Below, piece by piece: positions 36,269-46,066 of a stretch of 64,000 nucleotides of DNA. How positions within the stretch are numbered: position 1 is the stretch's first letter; each line of letters starts with the position of its first letter. The notes under the pieces are model-generated. The model saw only the letters and a list, made by a program, of their open reading frames with translations, ran no database searches and was not told the DNA's origin. The position numbers were made by a program, and so were the translations under genes. The stretch covers positions 2,368,001-2,432,000 of the forward strand of contig OY970325.1 of assembly GCA_963717145.1 (NCBI GenBank). The letters run 5' to 3'. Source of the DNA: an uncultured Armatimonadetes bacterium. GTDB lineage: Bacteria > Armatimonadota > UBA5829 > DTJY01.

Positions 36269-39200
36269 CTACTTCACCCAGACCGTCGCCAGGCCGTGGG
36301 CCGGGACGGTGACCGTCACCTGGTCGCCGGAGAGCTTCAGACGGGAGAGCATGTCCTCGACGAGAGTGCACGACCAGGCCTCTTTGAACTTGCCCTTCGG
36401 AAGCGTGAGGGTCGCCTCGGTCTGCTTGCCGGAGAGTTCGCGGAGGCGGATGATCAGCCCCTCGCCGGATTCGGCCTGCTTCACCGCCTGGACGCTGACG
36501 TTCTCCGCCGAGACCGACAGCAGGCTCTTCGGGATGCCCGCCGATGCGCCCCTGCCCGCCATGCGCCATGCCACGAGCGGCTGCCTGACCGACTGACCGA
36601 ACCGCGAGGCCGCGACCGGGTCGTACTGGCGCATCGAGGTAAGCGAGAAGCTGAACTCCATGTCGCCCTGGGACGCCTTGTAGTTCGTGAACCAGTAGTT
36701 GTTGAACGCGTAGGCGTAGAGATGCCCGTTGTCGATCGGGAGCGGCGACTTGAAGGTGTCGCGGTTGATGTCGCCGATCGTGATCAGCGGGCTCTCGACG
36801 GCGCTCCAGACGACCGCGCACTTGTCGTCGGCGGCGGCGACGAAGTCCTGAGCGCAGTACCACTGCATGCACGCGCCGGGGAGCATCTGCGACTTCGGCT
36901 TGACCACTCCATCCGGCAGCTCGACGTAGAACTCCGGCTTGTCGAGGTTGAACGGGAAGGCGAAGTATCCGGCCTCCTTGTCGTAGGTCTCCTTCTTGTG
37001 CAGGCGGTTGATGAAATCGATGCGCTTGACGTTGTCGTGGAGAACGATGTCGGTCGTCCAGGTCGGCGTGTTGTAGGCCGAACCGGTGATCCGAACCGTA
37101 TCGCCGATCTCTGAGATCGTCACCGGCGGAGTCGAGGCATCGCGGGTGACATCGGCGGAACTCCCGCCCTGGCCCTTGACGTAGACGTACTGGTTGATGC
37201 CGTACGGCGCGGCCTGGTCGACCAGCTCAATCCTGAGTTCCTTGTCGAAGAGGCTTTCGATCGCGCCGGTGACCGGATCGATCTTCAGCGCGTAGTAAGT
37301 GTTCTCAAAGAAGCCACCATTCTCCAGCGACCTTCGCTGACTGTTTGTCGCAGGCGTGACGACGGCGTATCCCATCGGCGGGACGTTCTCGGCCCAGACG
37401 GGTTCCATCTCGTTCTTCGGGTTCATCGGCCGGACCCAGCCGCTGACGGGCCATCCGAGTGGGTTGTAGACCACCACCGAGCCGGCCCTCGCTCCGGCGA
37501 TCGCGGACAGGCGTGACAGCCCATCCTCGAGCAGCTTCTCGGCCAGACCATCGGCGCGCTGGGCGAACCGGCGCTTGTATATCCATTGGTGCTTCGTCTG
37601 ATCGTTCTCGGGCTCGCTGATGCTGCAGTGAGCGCCCCAGGTGTGCTCGTCGTAGAGGATCGCGTTCTTCCACGCCTCGTTGATGTCGGCCTTCGGGTAA
37701 TCGGCGATCTTGAAGGTCGAGAGCAGCGAGTAGATCTTCTCGGCGGTGGCGAGCTGCTCCTTGGCGATCCGCACCTCGGCCGACTCTTTGGCGGATGACC
37801 CCGCGCCGTCCTCCCAGTAAACGCCCCCATCGCCGGAAATCGTCGGGATGTCCTTCGCGAAGTTCTTCTCGATGTGCTGGAAGAACGATGGCCCGCGGGT
37901 GAATATGATCTGCGGGTATGCGTAGCGCCCGTTCCACTCATCAACGACCGACGCCAGGTTCGGCTGGAACGGCTGGTTGTCGCTAACTCCCCCGAACGCC
38001 AGGACCGCGTCATACGGATAGTCCGCCCGGTCGAAGCCCGACAGCAGCCCGAGGACTCGGGGAACCGCCGTCTCTACGCTCGCCTGCAGTCCGAGGTTCG
38101 CCGCGTGGGCATATCCGGGCGCGAACCAGGTCAGGACTTTGCCGCCGTCCGGTCCCTGCCAGTAGAACGGCTTGTTGAAGAGCTGGTTGAACGAATCGCC
38201 CCTCGTAAGGTTGAGTCCGGCGCTGAAGTACTTGATCCCCGCGCCAGAGAGCACCGTCGGGAGCGTCCAGACCTGGGTCGGCACGTCGCTGCTCACGGCC
38301 ATGTCGAACGGGATTCCGAGCTCCTTTGCGATACCGTGGGCGTAATAGAGGTCGCGGATGAACGACTCGTGGGAGCAGATGCCCGTGAGCATGTTCCCGT
38401 AGATCGCCTGGCAGCCGATCTGACCGGACTTCGCGCGAGCGATGAACTCGTCTCGTCGGTCCTTCGGCATCATCGAGAGGTAGTTGTCCTCGGGCCACGC
38501 GACCTCGGTGTTCCAGACGAAATCGGGGTACTGCTTGCAGAGGTCGAGGGCTAGGGACATGTTCCGGTTGTGTAGATCGATCACGCGCTCCTGCCAGTCG
38601 GTGTAGCCGACATCGATGTGCGAACTCGGCTGCACATACAGCCGCCAGTGTCTCTGAGGCTTCAACTCGCAGGAGGCGGACACCAGACTGCTCCCGCACG
38701 AGACGGTAACTTCGAGAGGCGCGGGCGACTTGACCTCATCGACTTCGAGATCGGATTCGGCGATTCCGAGGAGGTTCGGCTTGAGGCTGATGGTCTGGCC
38801 GGTGGACTTGACCACCGCCGAGGCCTCGGTCACGCCGGCGGAGAACTCGGCGTTAAGCTTGACGACTTGCTTGATCTTCCCATCCCTCTTGACGAGGAAC
38901 ATCGTCGGGGTGAGCGATACCTTGTTCACTCCATACGGAGGCATCAATCCGTTCGGGTCATTCGTGACGCTGAGCGCGTCGTAGAGCATCCACGAGCCCT
39001 CGACAACCTTGAGTGCGATCGTGTTCTCTCCCTTGCGGAACATCGTCGGCGGGAGGGTGAGCTTGATGACGTGCTCCTTGCCCTGCGCGCAGTCTGAGAG
39101 AACGTTGTCGCCCGATCCCTGAGGCAGGGGGAACCGGCCGCTCTGGCCGTTGACGGACAGATCGAGGACCGGGGCGTCTCCCCCGTGCGTGCTCACCAGG

Positions 39201-39520
39201 TCGATCGTCAGGCCGAATACGCCTGTGGGCTCGCCTGAGAGATCGAAGAGCACCTGGAACGGATGGGCGCGACTCCCCGCCCACGCGTCGGTCGGACCGG
39301 GATGGATGAACGGCCAGTCCTTCGCAGGATCGCTCTTGCCCACGATGAAGGCGACATCCTTCGGATAGGTCCCATTGTAAGCGCCGTAGTCGTGCGGAAT
39401 GGCGAGGTCCTCGTAGCAGTTGTCGAACTGGCCGATCTGCCAGAGGGTTGTCTCAGCCGCGCAGAGCCCGGTCGCCAGGATCAGTATTGCGCACAGAATC
39501 AGTAGAGCACGGGGAATCAT
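36269..39520 (-). CDS. Secreted GH38 alpha-mannosidase-like protein with N-terminal polysaccharide-lyase-4 domain III-like module
   Basis: SHIDVGYTD, SDVP, FYWQGPDG, YWEDG, YDEHTWG, NNYWFTNY, IIRLRE. Confidence 0.85.
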   Translation of the reverse strand: MIPRALLILCAILILATGLCAAETTLWQIGQFDNCYEDLAIPHDYGAYNGTYPKDVAFIVGKSDPAKDWPFIHPGPTDAWAGSRAHPFQVLFDLSGEPTGVFGLTIDLVSTHGGDAPVLDLSVNGQSGRFPLPQGSGDNVLSDCAQGKEHVIKLTLPPTMFRKGENTIALKVVEGSWMLYDALSVTNDPNGLMPPYGVNKVSLTPTMFLVKRDGKIKQVVKLNAEFSAGVTEASAVVKSTGQTISLKPNLLGIAESDLEVDEVKSPAPLEVTVSCGSSLVSASCELKPQRHWRLYVQPSSHIDVGYTDWQERVIDLHNRNMSLALDLCKQYPDFVWNTEVAWPEDNYLSMMPKDRRDEFIARAKSGQIGCQAIYGNMLTGICSHESFIRDLYYAHGIAKELGIPFDMAVSSDVPTQVWTLPTVLSGAGIKYFSAGLNLTRGDSFNQLFNKPFYWQGPDGGKVLTWFAPGYAHAANLGLQASVETAVPRVLGLLSGFDRADYPYDAVLAFGGVSDNQPFQPNLASVVDEWNGRYAYPQIIFTRGPSFFQHIEKNFAKDIPTISGDGGVYWEDGAGSSAKESAEVRIAKEQLATAEKIYSLLSTFKIADYPKADINEAWKNAILYDEHTWGAHCSISEPENDQTKHQWIYKRRFAQRADGLAEKLLEDGLSRLSAIAGARAGSVVVYNPLGWPVSGWVRPMNPKNEMEPVWAENVPPMGYAVVTPATNSQRRSLENGGFFENTYYALKIDPVTGAIESLFDKELRIELVDQAAPYGINQYVYVKGQGGSSADVTRDASTPPVTISEIGDTVRITGSAYNTPTWTTDIVLHDNVKRIDFINRLHKKETYDKEAGYFAFPFNLDKPEFYVELPDGVVKPKSQMLPGACMQWYCAQDFVAAADDKCAVVWSAVESPLITIGDINRDTFKSPLPIDNGHLYAYAFNNYWFTNYKASQGDMEFSFSLTSMRQYDPVAASRFGQSVRQPLVAWRMAGRGASAGIPKSLLSVSAENVSVQAVKQAESGEGLIIRLRELSGKQTEATLTLPKGKFKEAWSCTLVEDMLSRLKLSGDQVTVTVPAHGLATVWVK

Positions 39521-39593
39521 GGTATCGCCTCCCGAGGGATTGCTGGTTTGATTGAGGTTTAGACAGCGGACGGTGGTTGTCCTGCGCGCTATT

Positions 39594-39735
39594 GTAGGGA
39601 ACGGCCGCCGTCCCGTTCCGTTTCGTGACGCATGCGAACGGTGGGTGCTGGTTTCCGACAGAGCGGAACGGGACGGCGGCCGTTCCCTACGTGGATGGCG
39701 TTACGTGGCGGAACGGAACAGCGGCCGTTCCCTAC
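39594..39735. repeat. GTAG REP cluster (three GTAGGGAACGGCCG units)
   Basis: One forward and two reverse copies of gtagggaacggccgccgtcccgttccg. Confidence 0.88.
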
Positions 39736-41987
39736 GCGTGGAGGTGTCCGAGGAGGAGGATCGCGGCCTTTTTGTCGAGTGGCGTGTTGTTGCTCCCACA
39801 CTTGGAGGACTGTATGCACGACGGGCAGCCCTCTTCGCAGGGGCACTCCTGAAGGACCCTAAGCGTCGATTCCAGCAGTTCGCCCGAGCGATCGAACGCC
39901 GCCTCGCTGATGCCGACTCCCCCGGCGTGCGCATCGTAGATGAAGATGGTCGCGCCGCCGGTGTCGGGGTGGATCGGGCATGACGACCCGCCGATGTCCT
40001 GTCGGTCGCACATCGAGTACAGCGGCATCAGGCCGATCAACGCGTGCTCCAGCCCGTGGATTCCGCCCTCGGGGTCGAGCCCCTGACTCCTGACCGCTTC
40101 GATGACCGCATCATCGAGCACGAACCAGACCGCCTCCGTGTGAAACGACTGCGGTGGGAGGTCGAGGTCCCACACCTCGAGCACTTCGCCGGTGAGCAGG
40201 CGCTTCTTCCGGTAGCCGGTGACGTGATCGGTGACGACGATCTCGCCGTATGTGAGCCGGGACGCGCCCTGACGGCGCTCGGAGTGCGACTTCTTGACGG
40301 CGGTAACGGTCGTGCTCCTGGGCGTCGTGTAGTGATCAACTTCGCGCGGGATGACAACGGCCGACCGATCGTCGCGATCGAGCTTCGAGACGACGTACGA
40401 TTCGCCCTGGTGGAGGTAGACCGCCCCCTCGTGGAGGACCTGGAACGCGCTCGCCTCCTCGACGCTCCCCAGGGGACGGCTCTTGTCCGCCGAGTCGTAC
40501 ACCTGATACGCTTGGCCGCCCGTCGAGCGGATGTTGACCTTCGCGGCGGGATACCCGTCGCCGATCCAGTACCACTTGTCCAGATGGGTCACGCACCGGG
40601 CCTCTCGGAGCACATCGAGCGTCTCATCCATTCCGTCGCCGAAGAGATTGCGATCCCACTCGGTGATCGGCAGCTCGTACGCGGCGCATTGGAGATGCTC
40701 GACGGCCACATACGGGTTGAACGGATCGACGACCGCGCGCTCGCTCGTCTTGCCGAAGAAGTACTCGGGATGGCGCATCAGGAACTGATCGAGCGGATTA
40801 TCGAGTCCGATGAGCACCGCGAGCGATGATCGGACTCCCCTGCCCGCCCGTCCGGCCTGCTGCCAGGTGCTCGCGACCGTGCCCGGGTAGCCGGTGATGA
40901 CGCACCCTTCGAGATCGCCGACATCGACGCCGAGTTCGAGCGCGTTGGTGGCAGTCACGCCGATCAGCCGCCCATCGAACAGGCCCTGCTCGATCTCCCT
41001 GCGCTGAGCCGGAGTGTATCCCCCTCGGTACGACATGATCTTGTCCGCGAGCGAAGCCTGCTCCAACTGAACCTTCGCGTATCGGTAGATCAACTCCGCC
41101 ACGACACGCGCCTTCGCGAAGGTGATATTCCTGATCCCGTGCCTGACCATCTCGGCGAACAGCCACGCAGCCTCGAAGTTCGCGCTCTTCCGCTCGCCCT
41201 CACCGATGTACGGCGGGTTCCAGAAGGCGAACCACTTCTCACCCGAGGGCGAGCCGTCGTCGTCGATGATCTCGGCCTTGACGCCGGTGAGCAGCGTCAT
41301 CAGCTCGCCCGGATTCGCGATGGTCGCCGAGCAGGAGATGAACTGGGGCGCGCACCCGTAGTGCCGGCAGATGCGCCTGAGCCGCCTCATGACGTTCGAC
41401 ACATTGGCACCGAAGACTCCACGGTAGGTGTGCATCTCGTCGATGACGACATAGGCCAGGTTATGGAAGAAATCGGCCCAGTTGGTATGGTAAGGCATGA
41501 TGCCGAGGTGCAGCATATCGGGATTCGTCGACACGATGTGGCTGTTCCGCCTGATCGCTCGGCGCTCGGCTTGCGGAGTGTCGCCGTCGTAGATGCCGAA
41601 GCGGATCCCGTCGAGCCCGAAGTCGCGCAGTTTCCTCAACTGGTCCTGTGCGAGCGCCTTGGTTGGGAAGAGATAGAGTGCGCGCTTCGAACGGTCGCCG
41701 AGCAGCTTGTGCAGGACGGGCAGGTTGTAGCAGAGCGTCTTCCCGCTGGCGGTCGAGGTCACGATGGTGGTGTGCGCACCCGCCAGGCTCTTGTTGACAG
41801 CCTGAGCCTGATGGAGGTAGAGGCGGCCGATCCCCATCCCGGCGAGCGACTCGCTCAGCCTGGGGTGCAAATCGGCGGCAAGGTCGGCATGGCGCGCGTC
41901 CCGGGCGGGGATTCGCTCGATGTGGACGAGCTGGCCGCGGTATTCGCGGGATTGTCTGAGCTGATCGAGGAACTCTTGGGGAGACAT
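39732..41987 (-). CDS. DEAD/DEAH-box helicase with DUF1998 zinc domain (MrfA/Hrq1-like)
   Basis: TASGKT, FPTKALAQDQ, IDEMH, SATIANP, TNALELGVDVG, QQAGRAGR, CPCEEGCPSC. Confidence 0.93.
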   Translation of the reverse strand: MSPQEFLDQLRQSREYRGQLVHIERIPARDARHADLAADLHPRLSESLAGMGIGRLYLHQAQAVNKSLAGAHTTIVTSTASGKTLCYNLPVLHKLLGDRSKRALYLFPTKALAQDQLRKLRDFGLDGIRFGIYDGDTPQAERRAIRRNSHIVSTNPDMLHLGIMPYHTNWADFFHNLAYVVIDEMHTYRGVFGANVSNVMRRLRRICRHYGCAPQFISCSATIANPGELMTLLTGVKAEIIDDDGSPSGEKWFAFWNPPYIGEGERKSANFEAAWLFAEMVRHGIRNITFAKARVVAELIYRYAKVQLEQASLADKIMSYRGGYTPAQRREIEQGLFDGRLIGVTATNALELGVDVGDLEGCVITGYPGTVASTWQQAGRAGRGVRSSLAVLIGLDNPLDQFLMRHPEYFFGKTSERAVVDPFNPYVAVEHLQCAAYELPITEWDRNLFGDGMDETLDVLREARCVTHLDKWYWIGDGYPAAKVNIRSTGGQAYQVYDSADKSRPLGSVEEASAFQVLHEGAVYLHQGESYVVSKLDRDDRSAVVIPREVDHYTTPRSTTVTAVKKSHSERRQGASRLTYGEIVVTDHVTGYRKKRLLTGEVLEVWDLDLPPQSFHTEAVWFVLDDAVIEAVRSQGLDPEGGIHGLEHALIGLMPLYSMCDRQDIGGSSCPIHPDTGGATIFIYDAHAGGVGISEAAFDRSGELLESTLRVLQECPCEEGCPSCIQSSKCGSNNTPLDKKAAILLLGHLHA

Positions 41988-41993
41988 TAACGT

Positions 41994-42028
41994 GTCCGAC
42001 TCATCCGACCTGTCTGACCTGTCGGAAC
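41994..42028. repeat. 9-nt GTCYGAC micro-repeat
   Basis: gtccgactc atccgacct gtctgacct gtcggaac; same family as 33291-33324. Confidence 0.7.
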
Positions 42029-42086
42029 ATGACCTAGCCCGCATTATTCATGACGTGCTCAAGTCAGCGCAGGCTGTCATTGCGGG

Positions 42087-42839
42087 CTAGCGTTCGACCA
42101 TGCGCACGAGCCCGATGCTCAGCACGTAGAGAACGATCATCGGCCCGCACATCATCATCATCGTCATCGCATCGCCGGATGGAGTCGCAGCGGCGGCCAC
42201 GACGCCGATGACAACAATGGCCTGACGCCAATTCCGTACCAGGAAGGCGGAACTGACGATTCCGATCTTGCCGAGGAACATGAGCACCACGGGCATCTGG
42301 AAGATCACGCCGAACGCCAGATACATCTTCACCAGGAAGAGAAGGCTCTGCTGCACGTTGGGCATGAACTTCGCGTTCGGCGGGTTCTGGGCGATGAGCC
42401 ATCTGATCCCCATCGGCATGACGTAGTATGCGGTCACGAGACCCACAAGGAACAGAATGACTGAGAGCGGTGCGATGAGTTTCACCGACCGTCGCTCCTT
42501 GCGCGTCATGCCGGGGGCGATGAACCTCCAGCCCTCCATCGTGATCAACGGGAGCGACAGGATGACGCCGATCAGGACTGAAATCTGCATCTTGATCGTG
42601 AACGCTTCGGTGATGCCGGTGAGCAGGAACTCGCTCTTGGTCTTCTCAAGCAGCGGAACGATCGGGGACGTCAGGAAGCTGAAGAAACGCTGGTAGAAGA
42701 CCCATCCGGCGACCATGCCCACGCTGATGTAGACCGCGCACCGAATCAGACGTGTTCGCAGTTCGACCAGATGCTCCATCAGTTCGAGCTGTCTGCCCGG
42801 CGCCTCGTCTTCTGTCTCTACGATCGCAGTATCTGTCAT
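42087..42839 (-). CDS. tatC: Twin-arginine translocase subunit TatC
   Basis: LMEHLVELRTRL, EAF, WRFIAPG..E, FGVIFQMP, TPSGD. Confidence 0.95.
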   Translation of the reverse strand: MTDTAIVETEDEAPGRQLELMEHLVELRTRLIRCAVYISVGMVAGWVFYQRFFSFLTSPIVPLLEKTKSEFLLTGITEAFTIKMQISVLIGVILSLPLITMEGWRFIAPGMTRKERRSVKLIAPLSVILFLVGLVTAYYVMPMGIRWLIAQNPPNAKFMPNVQQSLLFLVKMYLAFGVIFQMPVVLMFLGKIGIVSSAFLVRNWRQAIVVIGVVAAAATPSGDAMTMMMMCGPMIVLYVLSIGLVRMVER

Positions 42840-42866
42840 GCCTGCTGCCCCATTCGCGTGACCCAT

Positions 42867-42930
42867 GTAGTGGCCGTGCCTCTGTGCCGGCCTACGTCGT
42901 TGCTGGCCGGCACGGAGGCACGGTCACTGC
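42867..42930. repeat. GTAG REP doublet (GTAGTGGCCGTGCC family)
   Basis: gtagtggccgtgcctctgtgccggcc...ggccggcacggaggcacggtcactgc. Confidence 0.85.
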
Positions 42931-43025
42931 GGGGATTGAAGGACGTTTCCCACACAAGCAACGAGAGGCGGGAGATTGACTTCCCGCCCTCGTCACCAAC
43001 TCTTATCTATGTTGGAGATAAGCGC

Positions 43026-44357
43026 TCAGTGCACCAACTCCACCTTCTGCTTGATCTCGAAGGTCACCTTGGCCGTATCGCTCGTACTGCCGGAGTTCCC
43101 GAACGAACTCGATTGCCCGGAGTTGAACATACCGCCCGGAGGCGCCTCGTCCGGCATGTTGAAGCCCGAATCGCTGGGAGGGCCGCCGGAACCGGAAGAC
43201 GACAACGACGGGAACTTCGTGGTGTACGAACTCATCAGCTTCTCGCTGAGCGATTCGACCGTAGCATTCGGTACCTGCGCGGTGATCATTGCTGTTGTTT
43301 CGGACGAGATCACCTTGCCGACCTGGAATGCGAAATACGTGATCCTCTCGCCTCTGATCGGAACCGGATCCGTGAGAACCGGGGAGTTGGGGAGCTTCTT
43401 CGTGCCGGAGTAGGTGCTCCTGATCTTGGCGCACGGATAGCCGCCTTGCCACTCCACGCCTTCCAGCGTACTCGTGACATTCATGGCCAGATTGCTCCCG
43501 GATGTCCAATCCTGAAAGATGTTGTCGAGGTCGGTCCACGAGTCGCCAATTCGCACGCGCTGGACTGGAAGATTGGGCATCTCGACGACGACTTTGTCAC
43601 CAGCGGCTCGCGACTCGATGTTGCCGACTGTCCGACCGCATCCATCCTCGATCCGATAGGCCGCCTTCGCCTTGACATTCGGTATCGGCGCCATCCGGCC
43701 GCCGCTGCCGAGCTTGATGTCGCCATCGAGCTTCTGTCGGACAAGGGCGGTCCCATCGGGGCGGATGTCTTCCGTGCTCTGGGCGACCACCATCTCAACG
43801 GCCTCGATCGCCTGACCAACCGTGTCGGCAAGCTCCTTGGCGCCGCTGATGTCAGACAGATTTGTCTCCGTATAGAATTTGTACTTGCTTACCGGCCCCA
43901 CCTTGTGGTCGAAACGGAGCAACAGACCGGAAGCGGGCATCAACTCGGATGCTTTGTTCTTGACTGTTACCGATATCTGCTTTGGATCGCCAAATATCTT
44001 GCCGCTAGCATCGAACGCCTGCACCGCAAGGGCATGTGATCCTTCTCTTGCTTGACGCTGGGCCAGCGGGAGCTTCGTATCCGGATCGAGGGCCTTGGTA
44101 TCCCACACGAAAACGAAGGCATCCGACTTGACGTCCAGCGCAAGCGCACTCCTTCGGTGACCGTCGATCATTATCGAGACATAGCCGCCACTGGGAACCG
44201 ACGAGGCCGGGACTACGACCCTCACCGTCTCGCGAACGGTCGCTCCATTCAGCGGCCGGGATATCTCGATCTGTGACTGAGCATATAGCGATCCAGACAC
44301 GCCGATGATGAGGGTCATCAACAGCGTCAATGTCAGGACCGACCAACCTTTGGACAT
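43026..44357 (-). CDS. Secreted hypothetical protein with N-terminal Ig-like domain
   Basis: Signal peptide, I.RPLNGATV, FVWDT, LP...V.IGDSW beta-rich C-domain. Confidence 0.7.
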   Translation of the reverse strand: MSKGWSVLTLTLLMTLIIGVSGSLYAQSQIEISRPLNGATVRETVRVVVPASSVPSGGYVSIMIDGHRRSALALDVKSDAFVFVWDTKALDPDTKLPLAQRQAREGSHALAVQAFDASGKIFGDPKQISVTVKNKASELMPASGLLLRFDHKVGPVSKYKFYTETNLSDISGAKELADTVGQAIEAVEMVVAQSTEDIRPDGTALVRQKLDGDIKLGSGGRMAPIPNVKAKAAYRIEDGCGRTVGNIESRAAGDKVVVEMPNLPVQRVRIGDSWTDLDNIFQDWTSGSNLAMNVTSTLEGVEWQGGYPCAKIRSTYSGTKKLPNSPVLTDPVPIRGERITYFAFQVGKVISSETTAMITAQVPNATVESLSEKLMSSYTTKFPSLSSSGSGGPPSDSGFNMPDEAPPGGMFNSGQSSSFGNSGSTSDTAKVTFEIKQKVELVH

Positions 44358-44557
44358 ACTGAAGTCCTCCGAAACCTTATTGTAGAGTCGCGTCGCACAA
44401 GCGCCGCGTCCAATGCCGCAGGAAGTGCAAACTTCGAGGGTCCGCTCACGCATTTAATGGTAACATACGCCCCAGGCAAAGTCAATCCGGCGAGCGGCCC
44501 TGGACACGGCGCACACGAGTTCCCACTTTATGACTTCGCGCAGGCATGAACTGTTCC

Positions 44558-44635
44558 CCTTGGAGTGCGGTGGCTCGACACCGCTTTTCTCTGCGGTACA
44601 GATGCAAAGCGGTGTCGAGCCACCGCACTCCAAGG
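44558..44635. repeat. GGAG-type REP doublet (30-bp perfect inverted repeat)
   Basis: ccttggagtgcggtggctcgacaccgcttt / aaagcggtgtcgagccaccgcactccaagg. Confidence 0.88.
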
Positions 44636-44639
44636 CGGC

Positions 44640-45803
44640 CTAGTCCACCTTCACCCACGATTCGGTCTCTGCGGACTTCTCGACGGCTTCGAGGATCATC
44701 TGGCACTTCAGGCCGTCGTAGAAGTTCGGCGCCGGGTTCTTCCCGGCGGCGATGCCGTTCATCAGGTTGTAGACCTGGTGCACGAAGGTCTGCTGCCAGC
44801 CGATGATGTGCCCCGCCGGCCACCATCCCTTGAGGTAGGGATGGGAGCCATCGGTCACCATTATGGTCTTCCAGCCCTGATAGGAAGCACTGTCCCTGCG
44901 GTTGAAGTACTCGATCTCGTTGTACCGCTCCAGGTTGAACCGGATGCTCCCCTCGCTGCCGTTGATCTCGATGTGAATGCCATTCTTGTTGCCGCCCGCG
45001 AACCTGGTGGCTTCGAACGTGCCGACCGCGCCGTTCTTGAACCGGGTCATGAACAGTGTGGCGTCGTCGACTGTGACCTCGCCCATCTCGCTCGATCCCT
45101 TGGCGCCTGCGAGGCCGACGACATTGGCCGACAGGAGCGGGCGCTTCTTGATGAACGTCTTCATCATGCCGCAGACGGAGTCGAACTCGCCGCAGAGGAA
45201 GCGCGCCATGTCGATGATGTGGGCGTCGAGGTCGCCGTGCGCGCCCGAGCCGGCGATCTCCTTCTGAAGTCGCCAGACGAGCGGGAAATCCGGTTCCATG
45301 ATCCAGTCCTGCAGATAGACTGCGCGGAAGTGGTACGGCGTGCCGATCATCCCGTCCTCGACCATCTGCCTGGCGAGCGCCATCGCGGGAACAGTGCGGT
45401 AGTTGAAGTCGATCATGTGGATGACGCCGGCCTTCTCGACCGCCTCGATCATCTCCCTGCACTCCGCGACGTTCATCGCCATCGGCTTCTCGCAGAAGAT
45501 GTGCTTGCCGTTCTTCGCGGCGGCGAGGGCGATCTCCTTGTGCGTATCGTTGCCGGTGGAGATGTCCACCAGTTCGATGTCATCGGCCTCGACAACGCGC
45601 TTGTAGCCCTCACTCGACCGCTCCCAGCCGTACTGGTCGCCATACTTCCGCGCATCGGCCGCGTCCAGGCCGCAGATCTCCTTCATGACCGGCTCGGCTT
45701 CGACATCGGGGAATGCGAATGCGCAGTCCCGATACCCGACGCTGTGTGCCTTGCCCATAAACATATAGCCAACCAATCCTACGTTGACTTTTCTCTTCGC
45801 CAT
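44640..45803 (-). CDS. Gfo/Idh/MocA-family oxidoreductase
   Basis: VGLVGYMFMGKAHS, HIFCEKP, FNYR, GAHGDLDAHIID. Confidence 0.93.
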   Translation of the reverse strand: MAKRKVNVGLVGYMFMGKAHSVGYRDCAFAFPDVEAEPVMKEICGLDAADARKYGDQYGWERSSEGYKRVVEADDIELVDISTGNDTHKEIALAAAKNGKHIFCEKPMAMNVAECREMIEAVEKAGVIHMIDFNYRTVPAMALARQMVEDGMIGTPYHFRAVYLQDWIMEPDFPLVWRLQKEIAGSGAHGDLDAHIIDMARFLCGEFDSVCGMMKTFIKKRPLLSANVVGLAGAKGSSEMGEVTVDDATLFMTRFKNGAVGTFEATRFAGGNKNGIHIEINGSEGSIRFNLERYNEIEYFNRRDSASYQGWKTIMVTDGSHPYLKGWWPAGHIIGWQQTFVHQVYNLMNGIAAGKNPAPNFYDGLKCQMILEAVEKSAETESWVKVD

Positions 45804-45824
45804 GTTGCTCCTCCTTATGCTGAT

Positions 45825-45921
45825 GTAGGAGGGGTTTTCCGGGATGATCGTGCCCGGTAACCCCGAATCCGAGGTAACATCGGGGTTACCGGGCACGATC
45901 ATCCCGGAAAACCCCTCCTAC
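45825..45921. repeat. GTAG REP doublet with 42-bp perfect arms
   Basis: gtaggaggggttttccgggatgatcgtgcccggtaaccccga and its exact reverse complement. Confidence 0.9.
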
Positions 45922-46066
45922 GCCTGGAACCATAAACATCCACATTCCCGCCATATAGAAAGAAGGTCCGGGCCGGCCCTCACAGTGCTGCGGGGCGGAC
46001 GCCGGACCTGTCTACATCCTTCATATGGAGGTTCCGCTCGCGCGGAACCTATGTCGATCGCCGATG

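Noticed and set aside
39732-41987. DISARM/Druantia-type defence helicase
   Set aside because: It is a single fused helicase-DUF1998 in housekeeping context with no methylase or partner genes, which fits a MrfA/Hrq1-like repair helicase better.
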